From assembly GCA_965112735.1 (NCBI GenBank), contig OZ218955.1:2604001-2668000 (forward strand): DNA of 64,000 bases, written 5' to 3'. The notes under the pieces are model-generated. The model did no database searches, had not been told where the DNA came from, and saw only the letters and a list, made by a program, of their open reading frames with translations. Source of the DNA: Phaeosaccion multiseriatum. Its lineage: Eukaryota; Protista; Ochrophyta, other classes. Shown in pieces: positions 35,076 through 48,468 of the stretch; the first letter of the stretch is position 1, and every line of letters starts with the position of its first letter. A program made the translations under genes and the position numbers.

Positions 35076-37301
35076 TGGGCCTTGGTATTCTGCGTCCCCC
35101 CAAGTGCGAGGGGTTGCGAGCCCTCCCAGCCCGGGGCAGCCGTCACCTGTAACGCGGCGGCTGCTGCTGCTGCTGCCTGCTGCTGCTGTATCACCAACTG
35201 CTGCTGCAGTTGCTGCCTGTGGCCAGGGCTACGGTGGGGCGTCCCTCTCACCAGAGTGGGCCATTTAGCGGGGCTAGGGAGGTGGTGCTGCGGCTGATGC
35301 TGCTCCAAATGGAGAGGAGGAGGGTGATGAGGATGGTGATGTACGCGGTGAAGGCCTGTTCTGTCGCTACTGCGCACCCCACCCCTGCCCCTGCTTCCGC
35401 CGCGCCCCTCCTCATCCTCCTCGACTCGGAAGCCCTCCTCCGCCTCCTCCTCGTCTTTATCGTCGTCCTGCTCTTCCTCTTCTTGCTGCTGATGGCGGCG
35501 ATGGGACCGCAAGCCTCCGTTCAGAGGAGAAGCCTCCGAAGAAGGGGTGAGCGGAGTCAGTCTATCTTGGAGGAGCTGCGGATGAGGAGGAGGAGGAGGA
35601 GGAGGAGGGAGAAGCAGGTGGTAGCAAGGGAGGGGCGGTGCAATGCAGTCGGAGTCAGCAGGAAGGCACCACATACACTATCGTACCTGGTGTCAGTCAG
35701 GGTCAGGGCCTTTTGGGGGTTTCGACACAGCAACCGCCATCAGTCAGCCTCAGTCAGCCACATCAGTCCTCAGTCATCACTCGTCAAGACGAGTCGCGCT
35801 GCTACACACACACACGCACGCACACACACACACACACACACACATACACGCACACGCACACGCACACGCACACACATACGCGCGCGTGCGAAGAACGAAC
35901 GCACCTCTTCTCCCCGCGTGGGCCTAAAAAAGGCAGGTACGTCCGTAGAATTTGCTTGGCCTCACTCGTGGGATAGAGGAAAAAGAGCTGCGCGGTGACC
36001 ACGGAATCAGTCAGCATCTGGAACAGGTTACCGAAGATGAACTGCGGGGGAGCGCCAGAAGAGACGAGGTAGGCGCCCTTGGCCACATCTCCGCCGAGCC
36101 AGGCACACACCATGGGCACCGATACGCCCTGCATACTGCGGCTCGAGAAGCCTTTCAGCATCTGTGCGTGAGGACAAGAGAGGAGAGGTGGTGGGTGGAT
36201 CAATAATGAATTGGTCGATTGGTTGGTGGGTTCTGGGGGCACTGGTGGAGTAGTGCAGGGGGGAAAGGGTTGGTCCAGTGTAAGAGAGGAGCACTACTAG
36301 AGGGGTCGGTGGGAGGGTCGCGTTAGGGTCTCGTTGTGCCAGCAGAGTTGAACCACCACTTAATAATATCTCCATCCACTGCCATCTCCTCCCGCTCCCC
36401 GTCCAGTGCGATCTTCTCCTCCCCCCTCGCATCCAACATCCACAGCCGTCCTCCCACCCACCCACCTGGGGTACAGCCAGCAGGGCCTCAACAAAGGCGG
36501 AGCAGCAGCCCAGCAGCTCGAAGAACCGCCCTGAGTGCCGCGAGTGCAGCCCCACCACCCCGAAGGCGAGCCCCCCCACAAGGGCCACGAAGAGAGAGAG
36601 GAAGCCCATGTATATTCTGAACGAGTCCCACTCCCAAAAGTCTTTGATAGGGTGAGTGCGTGGCTGCGGCGTGTGTGTGTGTGTTTTGAAAGGGGGGGGG
36701 GGAAGGGGGAGGAGATTGGGAGATATGGGGGCAAGTAGCACATGAGGCAGACAGGACGCAGGGATGGCCGGACGGACGGACGGACGGTCACACTTGACTG
36801 ACTCGCTGACTCACTGACCTCCCTGTCCTTCTTGGCCGCCGCCCGGGCCGTTACAACGGCGTGCAGGAGGCCCAGCTGCACGCAGATGGTGATGAGCGCA
36901 GAGGCCAGCAGAGTCACCGCAAAGCGCCTGCAAAGGGCAGAGAGGGTCAAGGGGGGAGGGTCGGTCCTACTGTGCAAACCCTGCAGGAAGCTCTGCCATT
37001 CAGCCACTCACTCGGACACCCAGAAGAAGATCCGCAGCACGGAGCTGACCAGAAGGATCAGCGTCACTTTTAGACTGAAGCAGGCCAGACTCTTGCCTTG
37101 CCTGTCGATGTGGTGAAGTCGTCGGGTGGGGTTGGGGTGATATTAAACCTTTTCCTTGCGTGCGACGTTGACGTTTACTCTCTCACCCTTTAAAAATCTT
37201 TCTCAACTAGCTACTCACCTAGCATTTTGCCACTGAAACAGGAAGGACAGCGAAGGTCCGACCGCGAAGGCTATTGAAACAAGGGCGGAGAGGAGAGTCA
37301 T
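35024..37301 (-). CDS. PQ-loop membrane protein, PQLC1/SLC66A2/Any1-like
   Basis: Exons 37219-37301 (MTLLSALVSIAFAVGPSLSFLFQW), ~37021-37101 (FSLKVTLILLVSSVLRIFFW), ~36818-36928, ~36465-36650 (FWEWDSF..Y..FELLG..SAFVEALLAVPQ), 35905-36161 (GVSVPMVCAWLGGD..K..Y...GAPPQF..FQMLTD). The C-terminal exon structure is uncertain. Confidence 0.8.
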
Positions 37302-37548
37302 CCTGTCAACTTTTTTCTCCCCCTTCCTCTTTGGATTTTTTCACCCGTTGGTTAGAGCGCGCGTCTATTTTACACCTTTAAGTGCCATCGATGCAAGAGC
37401 GGGGGGTCGAATACGTCCCATTGAAAGAATCACATATGGCGCCCCAACACCAAAACCCGAAAACGATGATACATAATAGCAATCTCACACCCTTCGGCAA
37501 CCTGTCTTTCTTTGACTGGCGTCGTCTTGGGATCTAGAGAGCACACTC
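37302..37548. promoter_or_regulatory. Putative bidirectional promoter (PQ-loop gene / UPF3)
   Basis: 247-bp, AT-richer, SSR-free gap between divergent ATGs. Confidence 0.5.
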
Positions 37549-40181
37549 ATGGCCGGTGAGAGGGGAGGGGCAAGGCGGGGGCGAGGCGGCGGTAGAGGTG
37601 GCGGGAAGGGAGGGAGAGGTGTGGGCCGAGGAGGAGGAGGAGGAGGAGGAGGAGGAGGAGGGGGAGGGGGAGGAGGAGGAGGAGGGGGGGGGGGAGGAGG
37701 AGGAGGGGGAGGAGGAGGCGGCGGTGGTGGGGGAGGGGCGTCTTCGGCTCCGGCGCTTAAGATTGTAGTTCGTAGCCTGAGCACCGACCTGCTCGAGACG
37801 GACTTTAAGCAGCTCATCACTGGGGTGGTGGACAGCGTGGCGGGGCTCGGACCCAGCGGGCCCGGCAAAGCGTGGGACTTTGAGTACTTCGTGCCCGGGA
37901 AGGTCAAGAGGAACGGAGAGCAGGTCAGTGTCTGATGCAGCAGGGGGGGGCACTTACGCTCTAGAGGCAGGCACAGAAAGGCTGGGAGGGAGATAGGCCG
38001 TTCGTTTGTTGGATGGATTGGAAGGCAAAAGCTGTTGGCTGTATAACTGTAGGGACTCGGTAAGAAAGAGGTAGGCGGATCATCGACACGAGGTGGACGT
38101 TGCTTTGGTTTTGATTGCTTTTCATCGGAAGTTCTTTTCTTCGCTGCTCCTCCGTTCGGCCCCTCTTCTCCCCTGAGCGAAGGAATGCCAAGGTTGTCTC
38201 TCTTCCTCTGCACACACACATACATACACACACACACCTCTCTTCTCTGTTAACACTCCCACCCACCTGCCTACCTATGCCCCCTCCCGTCGGTTGAGCA
38301 GAAGCCCGGAGTGGGCTACCTGCGACTCAATCGGGAGGGGCTGAAGAAGACCAGCGGGGGGGGTAGTGGTGGCTGGGACTTTGAAGGGGCTGTTGCGGCC
38401 ATTGCAGCTGCTGTGGCCAAGACCGACGGTTTCGAGACGCACGAGAGGGGCGACGGCTCAAAGCCTGTGGTCAAAGTGGCCCCGTACTCAAAGGTGAGGG
38501 AGGGATGGAGGGGGGGAGGGAGGGAGTGAGTGAGTGAGTGAGTTGCCCCCCTATCCTCTCCTCTGCGCCTGATCCGCTGTGCTTGCACTCTCGTCCCTTC
38601 GCTCTCTCTCCCTCTGTCTGCAGGTGCTAAAGAGCAAGCCTCGCAGGGACCATCGCACCGGCTCGCACGAGAGAGACCCCGAGTACAAGGCTTTCTTGGA
38701 GGAGCTGCAGAGGCCCATTGAGAAGGTAAGGGGTAGTATATTGACTTACGGGAATCAACCTAAGAAGTACGTAATTGTGTGTGTGTCGTGTGTGAGAGAG
38801 AGGAGGGAGGAGCAAGAGGGGGCGGGGGGGGGGTGGGTATGACGAGGGGGGGGGCTCAGAAGGTGAGACAGAGGGGACGGGAGTAGAGAAAGAGAGAGTG
38901 GAGAGATAGAGAGAGAGAGGCGGGGGGGAGGTAGAGATAGGGGAGAGAGAGAGGGATGAGGGGGGTGGAAGAGCGAGGCGGAGAGAGAAAGAGCTCTCCC
39001 CAACAACACCTCTAAACCCCACCCACACCATCCACTGCCATCCTCCTCCTCCTCCTCCTCCTCCTCGTCCTCCTCCTCCTCCTCCTCCTCCTCCTCCTCC
39101 TCCTCCTCCTCCTCCTCCGTCTCCTCCTCCTCCTCCTCCTCCTCCTCCTCCTCATCCGGCCACGCAGCTCCCGAGCGCCGACGTGCAGTACGACCAACGA
39201 GAGGCGGAGCTCAAGGCCTCTGGCGGAGAGAAGCCTCGAGAAGCCAACGCGCTGGTCACCTTCCTGAGAGAGAAGAGGGCGCAGAAGAAACAGGACCGGA
39301 CAGAAAGGGACGCCCTCAAGAAGAGGGGTGGGGGTAGCAGCAAGCAGCACTCGCAGGTGGGTGTGTGATTTGAGCAGCAGCGGCATGTTCTTTGGGGCTT
39401 TCTTTCGAATGGACGTACCTCTACACCGCCACACCCACAGTCCAGGCCTGCTTATCCTGTTGTGGCCTGTCCGATCCTTGCACCCAGTCCTCAAGAAGCC
39501 CGTTCTGGTCCGGTCTTTTCTATCCTTGGCCTGTCAATGAGGCTTACGTTAATTGTCGTTGCCCCACGGATATGCGTGAGTGTGTGTGAGTGTGAGTGAG
39601 TGAGTGAGTGTGTGGGCTTGTGTATGTGTATGTATACCGCTTCCCCCAACACGCCCCCGCCCCCTCCCACTCCTTTAAGTGGTGACTGGCCTCGTCTGCC
39701 GCCCTCTTCTTCTTTCGTTGGGCCCCGGCCGGCCACGCACGCACGCACATCTTTACAAAACACGTTCTCACTTTCGTTTGCTCTCCAGGGGGGTGAGTCG
39801 CGAGGCGGCAGCAGCGTCGGTGCCTCCAATAACGGCTCTAGCGACAATAAGAGGGGCGCTGGGGCAGGTGCAGGGACCCACCGGGGTTCGGGAGGGGGGG
39901 GTCGGAATACTCCAGGGGGGGCAGAGGGGGCCTCGGGAAGCGTAACAGCAGGATCGGGGTCTGGAAAGTCGGGCAATGGGCCGGGCAATAGCAGCAGCAA
40001 CAACAGCAACAGGAGTGGGAAGAACGGTGATGAGGCGGGGGGTGGCGGTCCGTCTTCGAAGGACGGCAAGCAGCGAGGGGGGAGGAGTGAGAGGGGTGAG
40101 AGGGAGGGGAAGGGGGCGTCCAGTGTGGACTCGAAGGGGAGACCTCGCTCTTCAAGAGCCCAGGCGGGGGGTGGCGCTGAG

Positions 40182-40215
<34 letters not shown>

Positions 40216-40667
40216 TACCACCACCGCCACCGACGAATCCTTGGAAGGTGGTGCCTCCTTCTGGCAAGAGCAGCAACAGCCAGAAGGAGGGGGCAGCGAA
40301 GGGGGAGGCGGCGGGGCCGGCAGGAAGAGAGAAACAAGATGGTGCGGGCGGAGGAGGAGGAGGCCTCCCGAGTAGGGGAAGAGGAGGGGCAGGAGGAGGA
40401 GGGGGCGGGGGCGGGGGGGGGGCGAAGGGAGCAGAAGCGACAGAAGAGCGCACACCGCAGCAGAAGAGTCAGGCGGGAGCAGGGGGGGAGGGAAGGGGGG
40501 CGAGGTCGAAGCGAGGAGACAAGGGCGCGAGGAAGGACAGGGGCGGCGGTCGGGAGGCATCGGCAAGCGCTAGTAGTGCAGCGGACAGTGGCGCAGGGGG
40601 GGGTGGAGGAGGAAAGACAGGACGACGACGAGGAGGAGGAGGCGCGGGGGGGGCTGCTGGAGGGAAG

Positions 40668-40699
<32 letters not shown>

Positions 40700-40988
40700 A
40701 GCAGCCGGACCAGGAGGAGCAGGAGGAGGAGGAGGGGGCACTGGGACCGACGGCTCGAGTAGCAGAAAAGAGAGACGGAGGGGAGGGGGAGGGAAAGGCG
40801 CGAGTGGGAAGGAGAAGTCGAGTGGCGGGGTCGGGGGGGGGGGGGGTCGTGGAGTGAGCAGCGCCCCCCCCGGGGGTGGCAGTACCCCCCCACCGGGAGG
40901 AGCGGCAACGCCTGCAGCAGGCGGCGGTTCCAATACAGCCGTGAAGATCATGTCCCGACCGGCAGGCCCTTCGCAGTCCAACAAGTGA
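37549..40988 (+). CDS. UPF3: Nonsense-mediated decay factor UPF3 (Smg-4/UPF3 RRM-like domain, RGG N-terminus, Gly-rich tail)
   Basis: LKIVVRSL..FEYFVPGKV (37549-37923), GYL..PVVKVAPYSK (38301-38493), DHRTGSHERDPEYKAFLEEL (38623-38724), NALVTFLREKR (39167-39356), last exon ~39789-40988. These match the Smg4/UPF3 motifs KVVIRRLP, YFVPGK, VEFAPYQK, D...GTIE.DPEY..FLE.L and TPLL.YL. Confidence 0.85.
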
Positions 40989-41593
40989 GCAGGGCGGAGC
41001 AGCACAGCTCAAGTGCAGTGCAGTGCAGTGCAGTGCAGTGAAGTGTGTGTCTCGCGCCTTGTCTGTTAGCAATGGTGTGGCGAAGCTCGTGTGTGTGCGG
41101 CATGTTTGTGCTGCTGTATCACCAACTGCTGGTGGTCGATGCGGCTGCTGCTGCTGCTGCTCGTGCTGCTGCCACTTTTGCACCTCCTCTGGATAGAACT
41201 CTGTGCTCTGTGCGCTGTGCTCTGTAAGCTTCAGACTCTGGTGGCACGCGGGCAGTGAGAGCGACGAGGGAAGACCACGTAGACACACCAGAGGGAGACC
41301 ACAGAGACTCACCAGAGGGAGACCACAGAGCAGCGCAAAGGCAGCGCAGAGGCGGCGCAGCGACAGTACAGAGACAGTGCAGGGGAAGCAGCAGCGGCGC
41401 CACTAGAGTAGTCCCTCTCGTTGAGCCGCGGAGGGAGGAGGAGGGAGCTCAGACGGAGGAGCAAGTAGGGGTGCGAGGCTGGCGGAACAGGGCTCGAGAC
41501 ACAACAGGACGAAACGGGCTGAACGGGCTGGCGGCAGCTCAAGAGCAGCCCAAGAAGGGAGAATGGACGTGACTCCCTATCTTTTCGACGTGC

Positions 41594-41645
<52 letters not shown>

Positions 41646-41712
41646 ACTCTTGCTATGGGCACACTTGGCTTGGGCGAGCTGCCGCGGCATTGTGTTCACA
41701 CACCCACAAAGG

Positions 41713-41743
<31 letters not shown>

Positions 41744-42430
41744 GAGGCCCGTGTTACGCCTCTTTCTTACGCAATGCTTGCTGTACCTCTTACTTACGCA
41801 ATGCTTGCTGTACCTCGCGGTCTCCTCGCCTCGTGCCGTTGATGATGGGGGGCATGGGGCAGGCATGCATGTCAGTGAGGCGGGAAGGAAGGAAGGAAGG
41901 AAGCCTTTACCTGTGCGGGTGTAGGAGTGAGAAGAGGGCTCCTCATTCGTTGCGGAGCCTTGCTTGGATAGTTCACAAGAGAGACGGGGATGGCAGCAAA
42001 TGCGGACGAAGCGGAGAGGCGCAGCAGCTGGTGTTGCTTAAGCTTGGAACATAGGAGGGAGGGTTGCGCCCGTCACCGTGGTGCCGTGTGCACTCACTCG
42101 ACTGTCTTTAGAGCAGTTGCAGGGAGTGGAGCGTGGCGGAGTTTTGTCGAAGAGTCCACTGTTAAACTATCCAGCACATTTAGGGTGTGGATGCCATCTA
42201 TGGTTGTGAGTTATAGGTTGTACACGAGAGAAGAAGCAAGCGTGTTGGTGTTCCAGGATCACCGTTGGCGCCCCCCTCCTTGTCTTCCCTTTCTCTCGCT
42301 CTTTTTGCTTGTCGTACAACACTCCTAGGCAAATACGACGTAAGCCTATAGCCCCCACTCAGCATAGCGAGGCTTACTCTTCCTCTTCTTTCCCATCAAA
42401 AGCCCCTCCCTCCCTCTGAAGGAGAGCAGA

Positions 42431-43033
42431 ATGAACCCTGACCAACCAGCCGATGAGGACCCGCACGCGGACCAGAAGTGAGTGGGATGTATAGAATGCA
42501 GAGAGCGGGGAAGAAGAAAGTTCAGAAGTGGGGGATAGGGGTGGAGGAGGAGGAGGAGAAGGGGGGTCCAGCAGGGAGCCGTAGACTGGGGGCCCATCCC
42601 TCTCACCGATCTTCCTTCGCTTTCCTGCTGCTCAATCAATTGCCGCAGAACTGCGTTCTCAGTGGAGCAGCTGGGAGTGAACATGCAGAAGATTGACAAC
42701 TGTAGAGCGGGCAGCATGGCCGTGGGAGGCATTTTCGCAGGTAAGAGGGGGGGATTCTCTCTAGGTGTGCGGCCCCATCTGAGGGGGCCGTTGGGGGCAT
42801 CATCCTTTCTCTCTAACGCTCTCATACCTCTGCCCACGCCCCCCGTGCTGTCTGCTGCTGCTGCTGCTACTGTTGCTGCTGCTGCTTCCGTACGAAGGTA
42901 TCCTGGGGTGTACGGGCTACCAGGGAGTTGTGGCGTACCTCGTGGTCTATGTTCTAGGTACGAGGGGCTGGGTTGGGGTAGGCGCAGAGGCTCAGGTAGA
43001 CTCTCCTGGATGGAGAGAATGCGCACACAATAC

Positions 43034-43065
<32 letters not shown>

Positions 43066-43536
43066 TCTTTTTTTCCTGCCTAACCCTGGCCTCGCCTTCC
43101 CCCCCTCCCCTCCCCTCCCCTCCCCTCAGCGTCGATTGGTCTGCTGGCGCGGATGGGCTTTCGCGCGTCAGACTATGTGCTCATGCGGGGACGTCCAGCG
43201 TACTCCTTCCTGTGGTCAGGTGAGTGGGGGTGAATGGGGGTGAGTGGGGTTGAGTGGGACTCGGGGGGCGCCAAATGGAAGGCCCGCGGAGAGTATCCGC
43301 TATACGTTGTAGCATCCCTACACAACCCCCGCCCTCCACCACCACTGCTCTCTCTCCCTCTCTCTGCCCCACTTCCTGTCTCTCTTCCCCTCCCTCGCCC
43401 CCACTCTCACTCTCCTCCCCTCCCTCCCTCCCTCCCTCCCTCCCTCCCTCCCTCCGCCCCCCAAGGTTGTTTTGGATACATGCTAAGTTTCGTCATGTGC
43501 TGGACACTGGCCTACTGCCTCGTGTACATTTACTAA
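42431..43536 (+). CDS. EMC6: ER membrane protein complex subunit 6 (Rab5ip/TMEM93 family), 5 exons
   Basis: Spliced product MNPDQPADEDPHADQKTAFSVEQLGVNMQKIDNCRAGSMAVGGIFAGILGCTGYQGVVAYLVVYVLASIGLL...GCFGYMLSFVMCWTLAYCLVYIY. All introns are GT-AG and phase-compatible. Confidence 0.9.
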
Positions 43537-43811
43537 AGTCAAGTCACACCGCACCTGACCAAGAGAGGAGGCAGCAGGGGCGGTCGGGCTCTTCCTCTTC
43601 CTATGGCCCTTGCCTTGAGCGCTGGGAGAGAGACGCTGCGCTGGTGTGGGTGCTACATGTAGTTGTGTTGTGTTGTGGTTCCGCCCCTGCCATGCCTGGG
43701 AGCCTAATGGCTGGGGGTTCTCAAGGCCGCGGCTGACGCTCATCCCTGGCAAGGGGGCAAGCAAGGGAAACTGCTTGCGATCGGGCCGGCTCCCTCCGGA
43801 GAGCAAAGAAA

Positions 43812-43846
<35 letters not shown>

Positions 43847-44398
43847 TAGAGAGAGAGAGAGAAAGGACTGCAGAGTAAGTGCGTGCAAGCGCTGTGCTGG
43901 ACTGTGATCCAGCGCCTTGGCTGGCCTTGTCTGTTGCCTGAGGGGCAGTTTTGCAGCGAAGGAGCGAGAGCCACAGCCACCACGCCCTGGATGGAAGGGA
44001 GAAGGGACCACTGCGCAATGTGGTGATGGGAAGCGCAGCAGCATGGAGTCACAGATGCAGTAAGTACCCCACACTCAAGTGCCCTCATTGGACCATTTGA
44101 TAGATAGGGGGACCCAACTCAACCACCACGTGGAAGCATTGGACCTTAGGACAGTGGATGACCTACCAGCGAGGCGAGGCAAGTCTAGAGGGAGGGAGCC
44201 CGTTGGGCACATCACGACACTGGCAACTCATCGACAGTACTGTACATAATACACCTTCTAATGACCTTCACCTGCTTCATTGAGGCTCGAAGCGAGAGGC
44301 GCGGTCAGCACCACTCTGAAGCTATCGCTCTGAGGCCATTGCCATTAGTCCGTGCCGCGCGACTGACTCGATGTGATCCCGGAGGAGAGTGGCCATCT

Positions 44399-44438
<40 letters not shown>

Positions 44439-45385
44439 TTCTCTTTCCACCTCTCTTTCTGTCTCTTTCACTCTCTCTCTCTCTCTCTCAAATTCCATCC
44501 CTCTCTCGCTGTCTACCTCCCTTGCCCTCGTGCCCCTCTCTAGCTATCTCTCTCTGTACTTCCGTCCGTCCATCTATCCAGCTACAGTACCTGTATATAC
44601 GAGGCTGCTGCGGCCCCTGCTGCCACGCCTTCTCTCCACACCTGTTCTCTTCTTTGTGGATATTTCCCGCCCCCTGCGGCCTCCTTCTCCACTGCAGCCT
44701 CAAAGCGCTTGGTGTCAGGCTCCCAGTGAGGTCCTGATCGAAACCCCCATTTCGACACTTCAGGCTCCTCTCGCCTTCTAGCTCAGCTCAGCTCACACTC
44801 TCCTCCCCCTCCTCACCCCCCCCTCTCAGAAGAACACTCATGTTGCTGTTGCTGCTGTATCACCAACTACTACTGCTGCTGCTGCGGCTGCTGCTGCTGC
44901 TGCTGCTATGATCGTTGTACGTAGTGGCGTGAACGATAACACACGTGCTGCTGTGATGAATAACTCATGCCTCTCTCCTCCTGCACGTCGGGCCTCATCT
45001 CACGCCACTCTCCTCATCTTGTGGGAGGGAGACATGACGAGCTTGGAGGCGGTCGAAGCGGCGGCGGCAGCCGCAGAGGATGCCTGGACAAGGCCTGACA
45101 CTGGTACTGGCACTGGCCGCGACGCTCTTCCTCCCGAGCCCCTCCCCGCCGCTGACCATGTGCTTGTGCCTCTTCCCTTGGGCCGGGCAGGGGGGCTGCT
45201 AGAAGGCCGAAGGGGCGCGGCTGCTGCTGTTGGAACGAAGGGAAGGGAAGGGAAGGAGGGAGGGAGGGAGGGAGAGAAGGAAGGAAGGAAGGGAGGGAGG
45301 GAGAAAGGAACGAAGGAAGGCAGGAAGGAAGGAAGGAAGGAATGAATGAAGGAAGGAAGGGAGGGAGATCGGCGGACATGATGAT

Positions 45386-48205
45386 CTAAGTTGTTGAAAG
45401 GGCCCTCTTGGAACTGCTGCCCCCATCCCTCCCTCTCCTTGGGACCTTCATACCTGTACCGGTGGGGAGACGGGTGGTGCCTCCGCTGCTGCTGCTGCCA
45501 GTGCTGCAGGGCCTTACGCTGCCTCCGCCCCCCCCGGAGCTTGGAGTCCCCCTCGGGGTGGAAGGAGGAGTCATCATGGACTGCTGCTGTTGCTGCGGCT
45601 GTACAGACAGACGAGAGAGAGAGACCAGCACACCAAGAGTGTGAGCCACGGCACATGGGCTGAGGCAGTGACAGTGAGCGGAGTGCGTAGCTACTGCTGG
45701 GCAGTCAACAACGCTCAGTCAGTCAGTTCGAGGATTTGAGAGGGGGACAAGTCGAGTAGAAAGTCAGGCTCGCCTGCCCACCCGCCCGCCTGCCTCGCTG
45801 TCCAGCCATGAATGCCATTCGCCGATGTCAACCAAGCTCTAGAACTTACGAACTTACGAACTTACGAACTTACGTGAGCAGGATGGGGACTCTGCGTGGG
45901 GTGCTGCGGCGGGGTCACAGGCGTCGACTGCTGTATCACAGCCTGCTGCCGTCTGGCCGCAGAGGGACGCTCTCGCTCTTCGCCCCCTCCTCCTGCTCCT
46001 CCTCCTCTGCTCACAGACGCCGTCCTCGCTCCACTCGGCTTGCTGGTGCTGCCCGACCGCCCTGCTGACTTATCCAGATGCCTACCACTCGCGGGCCTCT
46101 TGCTCTGTTTCTGCAGATAGGGGAGCTGAGGGGAACGGATCCGGGCGGGTGGGGTCGACCCCGGGGAGAGAGCGAGCAGCCGAGCAGGGGTCGTCTGTGG
46201 CCTCGCAGTGCGTCCTCTGCCACCGCCGCCACCGCCGCCTGAGCCTGCTGGTGCTGCTACTCCCCTCGCCGCGGGACTCATCATTCCGCCTCCACCTTCA
46301 CCCCTACTCCCACCCCCACTTGTCGCGCTGGCAGGGCTCCAGGGGGGTACGTGACCTTGTTGCGAAGGAGAGGGAGTGGCGGCTAAAGGAGACGGAGACG
46401 TGGAGCTGAGCCGGAGGTCGACGGTCGATGCCATCCGCTGCTGCTGCTGCTGCGGCGGCGGCTGATGCTGCTGCTGGTGCCTTTGCTGCCCGCCATGCCT
46501 TCGTCCTGCAGACGTGGTCGGTCTTCGGTGGAGCTCATGCTGCTGATGCTGCTGATGCTGGTGCTGCTGCTGGTGCTGCTGCTGGTGATGGTAGGGCTGC
46601 TGCTCCTGCTGCTGCTGAGACTTGTGGTGGTGGTGGTGCTGCTGCTGCAGCTGCTCGGGCTGAGAGTGGAACGTGGCGTTGGGGTGTCCTCCGGTGGCAG
46701 CAGACGGAGTGTTGAAGAAGGCCCGTGAACGTTGCTGCTGTGCGCTGCCCCCCTCCCCTCCGGGCCCTCCTGCCCTTTCATCCCCCCCCCCGCCGCGGCT
46801 GAAGGCAGGCATACCACTCCGTCCTCTCGAAGGTTCCCGCGGTCCCCGCCCCAGGGAAGTGGATGGGCGGAGCCCACCCCCGCTGGCACCTCTTCCTCCC
46901 CCCCCCCCTCCTCCTTCTCCTCCTCTTCGTCCTCCTGCTTGTGCATCCCGACCACCCCCACCGTCGAAGTGCTGCATATGTCCCGAGCCTGATGCGCCGC
47001 TGCTCTGCTGCTGCTGCCGAAGCTGCGCCTGGGCATGGAGCACCTGTACTTGGCTTTTGAGGCTCTGACACTGGTGCTCCGACTCACTCTTCTCCCTCAG
47101 TACTTGCTGCAGCTGGGTCGTCAGGGCCTTGCTGAGAGAGGAGGGAAGGAGGGAAGGAATGGGTGTGTGTGTGGGGGGGTGGGGGGTAGTGTTTAGACAG
47201 AAGGGAGGGGGGAGAAGGTGCGGTGAAACCGTGGCCAGGGAGCAGGTGCAGTGTGGCTGAGGGCAATAGAGAGCAACAGCACATCAGTCAGTCGGATATA
47301 GAAGCAAATCAGAGGCCCCTATTCTCGAGGCGACTTACGTGGCGTTTTTCTCCTCGAGTAGGAGGCTATTGAGGTGCTGCACCTTGCCCCTCTCAGTCTC
47401 CAGCAGCTGCGGAGAGAGGTGAGGGAGGCACGGCGACAGTCCAGAGGGGAGATGACGAGAGGGGAGAGAGGAGCGAAGAGACAAAGAAGAGGAGAGCGAG
47501 CATCAGAGGCAGCACCTTGCGTTAGCAAGCCCAAGCGCGCAGTCAGCATGCCTCGAGAGAAGGGGGAGGTAAGCAGGGCGGCATTCCCCTTCCCAGCAAG
47601 AGAGGTGGCTCTGTCTCCCGCTCTACCCCCATGCGGGCCTGGGGTCCTTGCCTGCGCAGCCTGATCGGCGATGGCATTGTAGTGCCCCATCTGGAAGTCC
47701 ATAACCTCTTTCATTTGGCCCAGTAGATGGAAGGGGTCGCAAAGGTACTGGGGGGACAATGGGCGGGGAAGAGAGGAGAGAGGGGGTCACGACCATAAAG
47801 AGCGGGGAGATGTTTTCCTTTACATGTTTCCGATCGAGTTTATAGGCCTCACCATGGTGGCATCTTCAGGTGGATTCGCCATGGACGCTTCGTTAACCTC
47901 CTGACTGCAGCTCGGGCACACCTAGGAATGAGAAAGGGGGGGGGGGATACAAGATAAGGACGCGGCTTTTCCTACTTGTAGCAGAGAGAGGTAAAAGGGT
48001 TTCGAACACTCACCCCTGGCTGCCCAGACCGGCAACAAACCGCGCACACGAAGTGCTGGCAAGAGAGCAACACGCCCATGCCGTCTTGTGGCGAAGCCCT
48101 CGTGCTGAGAGAATGAAGGCAGATGGCACATCTCGGGTCGAAGCCTTCCGTCGGGGGAAGGGCAAGGGCATCAGGAGGAGGGGCCACTCCTGGTCCTGCC
48201 GCCAT
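45386..48205 (-). CDS. RNF212/Zip3/ZHP-3-like meiotic RING E3 ligase (RING + coiled coil + long disordered Ser/Gln-rich tail)
   Basis: CAIC..LLSCQHFVCAVC (48012-48205) + VCPSC (47853-47921) form a C3HC4 RING, followed by YLCDPFHLLGQMKEVMDFQMGHY (compare the RNF212 'ILEFQEKH' motif). The 3' exons and stop are uncertain. Confidence 0.7.
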
Positions 48206-48468
48206 AGCGGATAGTGTTCCTTTGGTCTGCTTCGTTCCCCCCACAGCGTCCCTAGTCACCTGCTCCTGCTGCCATAGCGGATCAAGGATGCTCGCTCCTT
48301 TCGTCCTCTCTCCCTCCTCCGTTTTTGTCTCTTTTGTCTTGAGCCTCCGGCCTCGCTCCCGCCAAAGCACTACCCGGCGTCTCCAGCTGTGAGTCTCACA
48401 GGTGGACCACCAAACACACATAGAAAATCTCCCAACACCCCCCGCCCCTCATCCGACCCTCTCCACAA
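48206..48468. promoter_or_regulatory. Putative bidirectional promoter (RING gene / dioxygenase-SET gene)
   Basis: 263-bp gap between divergent starts. Confidence 0.4.
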
